Positions 9,965 through 17,664 of a DNA stretch of 64,000 bases are shown here, piece by piece (positions within the stretch are counted from its first letter, which is position 1; each line of letters starts with the position of its first letter). The notes beneath the pieces were generated by a model. It had not been told where the DNA came from. It saw only the letters and a program-made list of their open reading frames with translations, and searched no databases. Origin of the DNA: Abditibacterium sp. (GTDB taxonomy: Bacteria; Armatimonadota; Abditibacteriia; Abditibacteriales; Abditibacteriaceae); assembly GCA_965246885.1 (NCBI GenBank), contig OZ251992.1, positions 864,001 to 928,000 on the forward strand. The letters are read 5' to 3'. Position numbers and translations under genes: made by a program.

Positions 9965-11806
9965 ATGGCGGTGGACAACACCCAGACCAACGACACGACC
10001 GTGCAGACCACGGAACAACCGACCGAAAACGGCGCGCAACTCAATGCGCCCATTCTCGAAAACACCGGCTCGCCTATGGTAGCCGAAATGACCCACGACC
10101 AAACCGGCATCGAAGAGGCCTCGCTCGCGCCCGCAACGGACGACACTCAAGCCGTTTCGACTTCCCTCGACGAAGCGCCGACTGAGCCGTCCGAAATGCC
10201 GACCGCGTCCACCGAATCCGCAACGGGCGACATCGCGCCGCAAGGCCTGAGCGCGCCCGCGCCCGAAATGGCCCAAAGCGCGCCCGCGATGGAAGCCGAG
10301 TCGGAAGCGGCGTCGGCCATTGTGCCGCCGTCCGAGCCGACCCCGGCGCCCGCCCAACCGTCCGCGCCCGCTCCTCAACAGGGCGGCAACACGCGCGGTC
10401 GCCAGCCTTCGATGGCGCAGGTGATGAACTCCGACTCCGACGAGTTCGCGGCCTACATGAGCGGCGCCGACCAGTTGCAGCGCAACGCGCCCATCAAGGG
10501 CACGGTCGTCCGTTTGGAAGATAACGGCTCGGTTCTGGTGGACATCGGCTCGAAATCTGAGGGCGTCATCCCGCGCTCCGAACTGGGCGACGACGAAATC
10601 AACGTCGGCGACGAGATCGAGTGCGTGGTTCTTAAAAGCGAAGACGACGAGGGCCACCCGGTGCTGTCCAAGCGCCGCGCCGATTTCGAGCGCCAAAAGC
10701 GCGACATCGTGGCGGCCAAAGAGTCGGGGCAGATCATCGAAGCGACCGTTAAAGAAGCCGTCAAAGGCGGACTTATCGTGGACTTGGGCGTGTCGGCGTT
10801 TATTCCGGCCTCGCACGTTGACCAGCGCGTGCGCGGTCAAATGGAGCGGCTCATCGGCCAAGTTCTGCCGGTCAAGGTCATCGAAGTTGACTTCAAAAAG
10901 AACCGCGACAAAGTCATCGCTTCGCACCGCTTGGCCGCCGAAGAAGACCGCGCCGCCCGCGAAAACGAGGCGTGGGCCAACATCGAGAAGGACAAGATCG
11001 TCGAGGGCATCGTGCGCCGCATCACCGATTTCGGCGCCTTCATTGACCTTGGCGGCGTGGACGGCTTGCTCCATGTGCGCGAGATGGCGTGGGGCCGCGT
11101 CGAGCATCCCTCGAACGTCGTGAAGAAAGGCCAGAAGCTACAGGTCTTGGTTCTCGATGTCAACGAGGAAACGCAGCGCATCGCGCTTGGCCTCAAGCAA
11201 CTGTTGCCCGATCCTTGGAAGAAGGCGGCGAAGAACTACCGCGTCGGCCAGACCGTGACCGGAAAAGTCATGCGCCTCGCGCCAACGGTGGCCTTTGTCG
11301 AAATCGAGCCGGGCATCGAAGCGATTCTGCCGGTTTCGGAAATCGCCGAAGAGCGCATCCGCGAACCGGGCGACGTGCTGACGGTTGGGCAGGAAGTCGA
11401 GGGCCGTTTGAAGAGCATTCAAACGAATCAGCGCCGCATCACGATGAGCCTGCGCGCCGCCGTGCAAGAGCGCGAGCGCCGCGAAGAGCGCACCGTCATG
11501 CGCGAAGTCAACACCCGCGCCGACTCGGATGGCCCGCTCCGCTTGGGCGACCTGTTCGGCAAGGAACTGCGCGCTATGCGAAACCGCCAACGCGACGTCA
11601 TCGGCGCCGCCCCCGGCACCGACGAAGCCCCCGCCCAACCCGACGAAGAGGAAACCACCCTCAACGCCGCCGGACAGGAGGCCCCCGTCGCCGAAGTCGA
11701 GGCAGAAACTGCCGCGCCGATGGAAGCGGAAGCTGCGCCAACGGGAATCGAAGCCGCGCCAACGGAACCGGAAGCCGCTCCCGCCCATGCGGAAGCGAGC
11801 GAGTGA
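9965..11806 (+). CDS. rpsA: 30S ribosomal protein S1 with long acidic N- and C-terminal extensions
   Basis: Four S1 domains (VLVDIGSKSEGVIP, AFIPASHV, FGAFIDLGGVDGLLHVREMAW, AFVEIEPGIEAILPVSEI); SD-like AAGGAG just before ATG 9965. Confidence 0.93.
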   Translation: MAVDNTQTNDTTVQTTEQPTENGAQLNAPILENTGSPMVAEMTHDQTGIEEASLAPATDDTQAVSTSLDEAPTEPSEMPTASTESATGDIAPQGLSAPAPEMAQSAPAMEAESEAASAIVPPSEPTPAPAQPSAPAPQQGGNTRGRQPSMAQVMNSDSDEFAAYMSGADQLQRNAPIKGTVVRLEDNGSVLVDIGSKSEGVIPRSELGDDEINVGDEIECVVLKSEDDEGHPVLSKRRADFERQKRDIVAAKESGQIIEATVKEAVKGGLIVDLGVSAFIPASHVDQRVRGQMERLIGQVLPVKVIEVDFKKNRDKVIASHRLAAEEDRAARENEAWANIEKDKIVEGIVRRITDFGAFIDLGGVDGLLHVREMAWGRVEHPSNVVKKGQKLQVLVLDVNEETQRIALGLKQLLPDPWKKAAKNYRVGQTVTGKVMRLAPTVAFVEIEPGIEAILPVSEIAEERIREPGDVLTVGQEVEGRLKSIQTNQRRITMSLRAAVQERERREERTVMREVNTRADSDGPLRLGDLFGKELRAMRNRQRDVIGAAPGTDEAPAQPDEEETTLNAAGQEAPVAEVEAETAAPMEAEAAPTGIEAAPTEPEAAPAHAEASE

Positions 11807-11812
11807 GAATGA

Positions 11813-11842
11813 GGACGGACGCCCGCAAGGGCGTCCGTTTTT
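11813..11842 (+). terminator. Intrinsic terminator of rpsA
   Basis: ACGGACGCCC-GCAA-GGGCGTCCGT followed by TTTT. Confidence 0.88.
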
Positions 11843-11877
11843 GGTTCCGCCTCGATTGGGAGGTTTGCCCGCTCCAC

Positions 11878-12192
11878 ATGAACAGCAAAGATGCTCTCTA
11901 TCAGAGCGCCATTGATGAAGAGAAGCTGCGTTTGATGGCTCTTCCCACAGAGGAACTCCTCGCTCTGGAATCTCTCAGTTGGGACACAGTTCAGCGAGGC
12001 AATGTGTCTATCCACTACGGCCTATGGCATGAATCACCGGGCTATCGGGGAGAGGATGTCCATTCGTTCATCCTTCAGGCGTCACGCAAAGTGTTCTTGA
12101 TTTTCTATAGAAACTATCTCGCCGGGTTTTCCATTAACGAGGGCGGCGAAGTTATCCCCATCTCCGATTCGACGCTGTTTTCCTACGATTAA
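11878..12192 (+). CDS. Hypothetical protein (lower GC)
   Basis: MNSKDALYQSAIDEEK..., the protein-like 3' part of track ORF 11089-12192. Confidence 0.6.
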   Translation: MNSKDALYQSAIDEEKLRLMALPTEELLALESLSWDTVQRGNVSIHYGLWHESPGYRGEDVHSFILQASRKVFLIFYRNYLAGFSINEGGEVIPISDSTLFSYD

Positions 12193-12213
12193 CTTTGCTT
12201 TGAACTATCCGCC

Positions 12214-12429
12214 ATGACACCCGAACTCAAAGCCATCGTAGAGGCGCAAGACGCGAAATTGGCAGCTTACAGTGCGAAGCGAAGAGCTGAAACGGCTGAA
12301 ATAGAAGCCAAAGCCAAGCGGTTGGAGGCGTTGGCTGCCGAGGCTCAGAAGGTCGCCGAGCAGATGATGCAATTGCGCGAGCAGGTGCGGCGCATTGAGG
12401 CGGAAAGAGATCTTTTGTTGGCGGCATGA
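12214..12429 (+). CDS. Small coiled-coil protein
   Basis: 71 aa, Ala/Glu/Lys-rich; its stop overlaps the next ATG (ATGA). Confidence 0.65.
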   Translation: MTPELKAIVEAQDAKLAAYSAKRRAETAEIEAKAKRLEALAAEAQKVAEQMMQLREQVRRIEAERDLLLAA

Positions 12430-12878
12430 CGCGCGAACAACACGCCGCCTTGCGGCAACGCTTCGGCTTTGCGTGTGCCTACTGCGGCACGACGGAAACG
12501 GGTGTTGGCGCTCCATTGACGGTTGACCACTTCCAGCCAACCTCGCGCGGCGGTTTGGATGACGAGAGCAACTGGATTTACTGTTGTTCCGCTTGCAATG
12601 GCTACAAAGCCGCGTTTTGGGATGCGGTATCCGATGAGGGTTTGTTGAATCCATTGCGCGACGATATTTCGCAGCATATTGAGGAGAGGGACGGGCTTCT
12701 CCATAGCATCACTGTGCGTGGCGAGCGACACATTGAGCGGCTGCACCTCAACCGCGAACAGCTTGTTGGTCAGCGTCAAGACAACGTGGCGCGGGCGCGG
12801 GCCGACGAACGCTTGCGTCTCGCTGAAGCAGACTTGCAACGTGCGCTGGAACTTCAAGAGGAAGTTAAGAGAGAATAG
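12426..12878 (+). CDS. HNH endonuclease
   Basis: CAYC...[30 protein letters not shown], an McrA-type HNH with Zn ligands. Confidence 0.9.
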   Translation: MTREQHAALRQRFGFACAYCGTTETGVGAPLTVDHFQPTSRGGLDDESNWIYCCSACNGYKAAFWDAVSDEGLLNPLRDDISQHIEERDGLLHSITVRGERHIERLHLNREQLVGQRQDNVARARADERLRLAEADLQRALELQEEVKRE

Positions 12879-12900
12879 AGCGACGCGCGACCTCCCCGCA

Positions 12901-12929
12901 TTGCGCGGCTCCTTCCCGCGTGTTATAAT
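12901..12929 (+). promoter_or_regulatory. Sigma70-type promoter of rpsL-rpsG
   Basis: TTGCGC (12901) - 17 nt - TATAAT (12924), with an extended TG at 12921. Confidence 0.75.
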
Positions 12930-13029
12930 TCCCAAGGTTTTCCGAATGGCCCGCGTTGGCCCGACGGGAAAGAACTGCGCCTCTGTCGGGCGCTTTTTCA
13001 TTCTTCCACCCACTCGCAAGAGTTTTCGT

Positions 13030-13476
13030 ATGCCTACCATTTCGCAACTGATCCGCAAAGGCCGCAAGCCCGCGCCGAAAAAATCGACCACTGCGGCGTT
13101 CAAAGAAGCCTATAACGGCGTTCAGGGCGCGCCGACGCAAAACGTGGCGGCGCCGCTTATGCGCGGCGTGTGCCTCCAAGTCAAGACCGACAAGCCGAAG
13201 AAACCCAACTCGGCCCTGCGCGCCAAAGCCCGCATCCGCTTGTCGAACAAGAAAGAAATCACCGCCTACATCCCCGGCGAAAAGCACAACTTGCAGGAAC
13301 ACTCGGTTGTCCTCGTGCGCGGCGGGCGCGTCAAGGATATGCCCGGTATCAAATACAAGATCGTGCGCGGCGCCCTCGACTGCGCGGGTGTCGCCAACCG
13401 CAAACGCTCCCGCTCGAAATACGGCGCCAAGCGCCCCAAAGCGGGCGCGGCGGCTCCGACGGGAAAGAAAAAGTAG
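13030..13476 (+). CDS. rpsL: 30S ribosomal protein S12
   Basis: [46 protein letters not shown] and [10 protein letters not shown]. Confidence 0.98.
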   Translation: MPTISQLIRKGRKPAPKKSTTAAFKEAYNGVQGAPTQNVAAPLMRGVCLQVKTDKPKKPNSALRAKARIRLSNKKEITAYIPGEKHNLQEHSVVLVRGGRVKDMPGIKYKIVRGALDCAGVANRKRSRSKYGAKRPKAGAAAPTGKKK

Positions 13477-13481
13477 TCGTC

Positions 13482-14031
<550 letters not shown>

Positions 14032-14051
14032 ATCCGGGCCTGCCCCAACAC

Positions 14052-14086
14052 AAAGCGCGCCGATTAAGAAAGTCGGCGCGCTTTTT
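14052..14086 (+). terminator. Intrinsic terminator after rpsG
   Basis: AAAGCGCGCCGATT-loop-AGTCGGCGCGCTTT followed by TT. Confidence 0.85.
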
Positions 14087-14115
14087 CGTGCGTCTACTCC
14101 TCTGCCCACGTCGCA

Positions 14116-14631
14116 ATGAACGCCACGTTTTACGAAGCCCTCGAACTTTTGCCCGACGCCTCGCCCGAACAGATAAAAGTTTCCTACCGCGCGTTGGCGA
14201 AGCAGTGGCACCCCGACTGCCATCCCGCAGAAGCCGACAAGCTCGCGGCCCACGAAAAGATGCAGGTGATGAACCTCGCTTATGAAACCCTCAAAGACCC
14301 CGCGAGGCGCCGCGATTACGATGCGCAGTTGCGCGCCAAGGGCATCCGCCCTCGCCGCGCGCGCACCGCGACCCCCGGCAAGCGCGCCGCGCCCGAAGTG
14401 CGCCAAGCCGTCCTCAGTCTGGCGCGCTCCTACTTCGAGAACCTCGTCGCCAAGCACCCCAACTGCACGGTCGCCGTCGAAGGCGCGCTGCGAATGGAGC
14501 TTGGCCGCCGCAAAACTTTCGTCGCCCGCCTCGTCGGGGAAGGCCATGACGAAGAGCAGGCGTTGTGGGAGTGGGCCTACCAAATGAAGCGCGTCGCCGA
14601 CAAAATGGATCCCGACATCCCGCGTCGGTAG
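14116..14631 (+). CDS. J-domain (DnaJ-like) protein
   Basis: FYEALEL...IKVSYRALAKQWHPD...AYETLKDPARRRDYD; HPD motif intact. Confidence 0.9.
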   Translation: MNATFYEALELLPDASPEQIKVSYRALAKQWHPDCHPAEADKLAAHEKMQVMNLAYETLKDPARRRDYDAQLRAKGIRPRRARTATPGKRAAPEVRQAVLSLARSYFENLVAKHPNCTVAVEGALRMELGRRKTFVARLVGEGHDEEQALWEWAYQMKRVADKMDPDIPRR

Positions 14632-14655
14632 AGGGTCGCGCGTCAAACTAAGAGC

Positions 14656-15231
14656 ATGAGCGCCCAACGACAGCACGCTCTCTTCACCGAAGCGGAGTAT
14701 TACTACGAGGAAGACCACTTTCTAATCAAACGCGAGTTCTATCGCGGGGAAGTAATCGCGATGGCTGGCACGACCGGCAAACACAACGACATTGCAGTCA
14801 ACATCGTCGGCTCTTTTTCGTCCCAACTACGCGGCAAGCCGTGCCGCGCCCGAATGAGCGACCAGCGCATCCGTGTCGAAGCGAATAGCCTCATCACCTA
14901 CCCCGATGTGGCTGTCGTGTGCCCGCCCTTCCGCTTCGACCCGCAGAACAAAATCACGCTCTTGGGTGCGACGGTGATTGTCGAGGTGCTGTCCGATTCC
15001 ACGCGCGCTTACGACCAAGGCAAGAAGTTCGAGTTAGTGCGCGAGTTGCCGTCGCTGCGCCACTACCTGTTGGTTGAGCCGGATGAAATCCACATCGAGC
15101 ACCGCTTTCGCGCGGAAGAAGGGGACTGGCAAACGGAAGTGTTCACGTCGTTGGATGGCGTCGTTAGTCTTGGGGCCATCGCCGCGATGCTTCGCGTCGC
15201 GGGAGTTTACGAGGAAATCAAGGGGCTTTAA
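14656..15231 (+). CDS. Uma2 family (PD-(D/E)xK) endonuclease
   Basis: GEVIAMAG, TYPDVAVVC and IVEVLSDSTRAYDQGKKF. Confidence 0.9.
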   Translation: MSAQRQHALFTEAEYYYEEDHFLIKREFYRGEVIAMAGTTGKHNDIAVNIVGSFSSQLRGKPCRARMSDQRIRVEANSLITYPDVAVVCPPFRFDPQNKITLLGATVIVEVLSDSTRAYDQGKKFELVRELPSLRHYLLVEPDEIHIEHRFRAEEGDWQTEVFTSLDGVVSLGAIAAMLRVAGVYEEIKGL

Positions 15232-15245
15232 AGGGGCGGCGCGTC

Positions 15246-16181
15246 CTATTTCGCCGAAAGAATCGTAATCCCCGACACGAGCAAGACCCACAACAGCGCG
15301 TTAATGAGCATCGGCTTGTCGCGCAGCATCTGCTCCGGCTCGCCGCCGACGGGCGACGAATGGGCCAACACTAAAAAGCGGAAGACGCCATACAGCACGA
15401 AGGGGATGGACAGCATCAGGCTCGGCGTTTGGCCGAACTGCGGCCCCAGCGCCTTGGCTTGCGGCGCGTTGAAGGTGTAGAGCGAGTAGGAGATAATGGT
15501 CAGCCCCGCCGTCACCGCGATGAAGGTGTCGAGCATCGGCACGGAGTAGCCCTTGAGCACCTTGCGCGTTGTGCCCGACTCTCCCACTTCCAATAGTTCC
15601 GCGCGCCGCTTGTTGAGCGCCACGAACAGCGCGAGGTTGAAGGTGCAGAACAAAATCCAAGGCGAAATCGCCACCGGCACGGCCAAACACCCCGCCACCA
15701 CGCGCACCAAGAAACCTGCCGCCACGCATAGCACGTCTATGATGACCTCGTGCTTGAGCCGCAGCGAATACGCGAGCGTTTGCACGAAGTAGAATGCCGC
15801 CGCGCCGCTAAAGCCCCACGTCCACACCCCCATCTCCCTTCCCGAAAAGCCCACCGCCGCCGCCAGAATCACCGCCGACACCAGTAGTGCAACGAGCAGC
15901 ACCGCCGCGCCGCTTTTCGAGATGCGCCCCGACGCGAGTGGGCGGTTGCGCTTGGTCGGATGGGCGCGGTCGCGCTCGATGTCTACCCAATCGTTAATCA
16001 GATAGGCCGCGCCCGACAGCGCGCAAAAACACGCGAACGCCATCAAAACGCGCAATGCATCCGGCACCAAAAGCGCGGGGGGTTCATGCAACCGTCCGGC
16101 GAAAATAAAGCCGCCAAACAGCAGCCCATTTTTGGCCCATTGGCGCGTCCGCACGGCGCGCAAAATATCTTTGAAAGTCAC
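15246..16181 (-). CDS. UbiA-family prenyltransferase (decaprenyl-phosphate phosphoribosyltransferase-like)
   Basis: RTRQWAKN, YLINDWVDIERDRAHPTKRNRPLASG, multiple TM segments; GTG start at 16181 is inferred. Confidence 0.88.
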   Translation of the reverse strand: MTFKDILRAVRTRQWAKNGLLFGGFIFAGRLHEPPALLVPDALRVLMAFACFCALSGAAYLINDWVDIERDRAHPTKRNRPLASGRISKSGAAVLLVALLVSAVILAAAVGFSGREMGVWTWGFSGAAAFYFVQTLAYSLRLKHEVIIDVLCVAAGFLVRVVAGCLAVPVAISPWILFCTFNLALFVALNKRRAELLEVGESGTTRKVLKGYSVPMLDTFIAVTAGLTIISYSLYTFNAPQAKALGPQFGQTPSLMLSIPFVLYGVFRFLVLAHSSPVGGEPEQMLRDKPMLINALLWVLLVSGITILSAK

Positions 16182-16273
16182 GAGGTGCCCGCAGTTTGGC
16201 AAAACCGTCCGAGGAAGAGGGAAACACGAAACTGCAAAGCCTACTCGCTCCGGCGCTTGCAACCCAAGACGCC

Positions 16274-16514
16274 GAATAATTAGGGGGCGCGGCAACGCGA
16301 CGGGCTAATTCTCCGGCTGACACACCTAATTGCTCGAAAGAATTAGCTAAATAAAAGGGAAATTAGGTGACCCAATCAAAGAACCAAGCGCCGGAGTCGA
16401 AGAATTAGATGTGTCAGTCGTCCAGAGAGGTGTGTCAGTCGTCGAAAGAGGTGTGTCAGCCGTCGAAAGAGGTGTGTCAGTCGTCGAAAGAGGTGTGTCA
16501 TCTGGAGAATTAGC
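16274..16514. repeat. 21-bp-period array, family A (GAAGAATTAG / GTGTGTCAG)
   Basis: GTGTCA(G) at 16411, 16432, 16453, 16474, 16495; (G/A)A(A/G)GAATTAG-like cores at 16274, 16337, 16358, 16399, 16504. Confidence 0.9.
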
Positions 16515-17622
16515 TGGGTGAGCCTTCCAGTTGGCTCAGTCCCCGCACCATCTGTGCGTCTGCTTCGATGCGCACGACTTCTCCCAACCGCGCGGGTACG
16601 ACGAAGAAGACACTTGTGCCGCGATTCTTTTTGTCGAGCGTCATCGCGCGCCACGCGGCCTCGAAATCGAGGTTGGGAGCGCGGGTGGGCAATCCGGCGC
16701 GCTCGAAAAGGCGGGTCTGGCGGCCTATGAGTTCCTCGCCGTCCGCGCGGGATATGGTGCCGAGCGCGATGCCTAAGCGGGCTTCGACGGTCATGCCGAC
16801 GGCGATGGCTTCGCCGTGCAGCCATGTGCCGCGCCCATCCCCCGCGTGGAGGGCCTCAAGCGCGTGGCCGAAGGTGTGACCGTAATTGAGCGTGGCGCGG
16901 CGCCCGACAGCATCGGACTCGCGCTCGTCTTGGCCAACGACTTCCGCTTTGATTTCGCACGAGCGTTGGATGGCGTAACTGACTGCGTCGGCGTCGAGGG
17001 CGAGCAGGGCGTCGAGGTTATTTTCCAGCCACGCGAAGAAAGCGGCATCGGCGATGACGCCGTATTTGATGACCTCAGCTAGCCCCGCTCCCAATTCGCG
17101 CCGGGGCAAGGTGCGGAGGCAGAGGGGGTCAACGAGGACGCCGACCGGTTGCCAGAAGGCGCCTAAGAGGTTCTTGGCGCGCGGGTGGTTGACGCCGGTT
17201 TTGCCGCCCACACTGGAATCCACCATCGCCAACAGCGTTGTCGGGACTTGCACCCACGACACGCCGCGCATCCACGTCGCCGCCACGAACCCCGCCAAAT
17301 CGCCCGTGACCCCGCCGCCCACCGCCCAGACCGCGCCGCGCCGCCCAAAGCCTGCTTCGGCGAGCGCATCGAACGCGCGCGCGGCGGTGTCGAGCGTTTT
17401 GGCCGATTCGCCCTCGCCCATGTCGAAGCGCACCACCCGTTGCCCGCGCGCCTCCAATCGGGCCGCGAGCGCGTCGGTTATAAGCGGCCCCAGCGTCGCG
17501 TTAGAGATGAGCGCGATTTCTCCGGGGAAAGCCGCGTCGGGCAAACCGTCGAGCGTGCCAAGCGCGCCCGCTTGGATGGTGATGGAATAAGAGCGTTCGC
17601 CCAAAGCAACGGGAATCTTCAT
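16510..17622 (-). CDS. aroB: 3-dehydroquinate synthase
   Basis: GGGVTGDLAGFVAATWMRG, VPTTLLAMVDSSVGGKTGVN and LNYGHTFGHALE. Confidence 0.96.
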   Translation of the reverse strand: MKIPVALGERSYSITIQAGALGTLDGLPDAAFPGEIALISNATLGPLITDALAARLEARGQRVVRFDMGEGESAKTLDTAARAFDALAEAGFGRRGAVWAVGGGVTGDLAGFVAATWMRGVSWVQVPTTLLAMVDSSVGGKTGVNHPRAKNLLGAFWQPVGVLVDPLCLRTLPRRELGAGLAEVIKYGVIADAAFFAWLENNLDALLALDADAVSYAIQRSCEIKAEVVGQDERESDAVGRRATLNYGHTFGHALEALHAGDGRGTWLHGEAIAVGMTVEARLGIALGTISRADGEELIGRQTRLFERAGLPTRAPNLDFEAAWRAMTLDKKNRGTSVFFVVPARLGEVVRIEADAQMVRGLSQLEGSPS

Positions 17623-17664
17623 GCCTTGCAGTGTGCGCGCATCCGCCACACTGTTCGCCACGTT

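Noticed and set aside
9830..11107. Long antisense ORFs opposite rpsA, sppA, fusA, the DHS-like gene, ftsI and the GGDEF genes
   Set aside because: Expected shadow ORFs in high-GC coding DNA; no independent motifs.
13030..13476. S12 substitutions (RVKDMPG, KTDKPKK) as streptomycin-resistance alleles
   Set aside because: The lysines of PKKPNS and RVKD are retained; more likely lineage variation.
16376..16825. Heptad-repeat ORFs (RRLTHLF here; TDVRRAV at 27437-28546; KYGF at 47383-47661; SATPLQT at 58844-59224)
   Set aside because: These are translations of the 21-bp DNA arrays; three of them also overlap better-supported genes. Not called as proteins, although 47383-47661 cannot be fully excluded.
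17185..17664. N-terminal extensions given by the ORF track for glnD (also rpsL 12679, ABC ATPase 29402, mntR 32941, GT8-like 39718)
   Set aside because: They overlap other real genes; family similarity begins at downstream starts.
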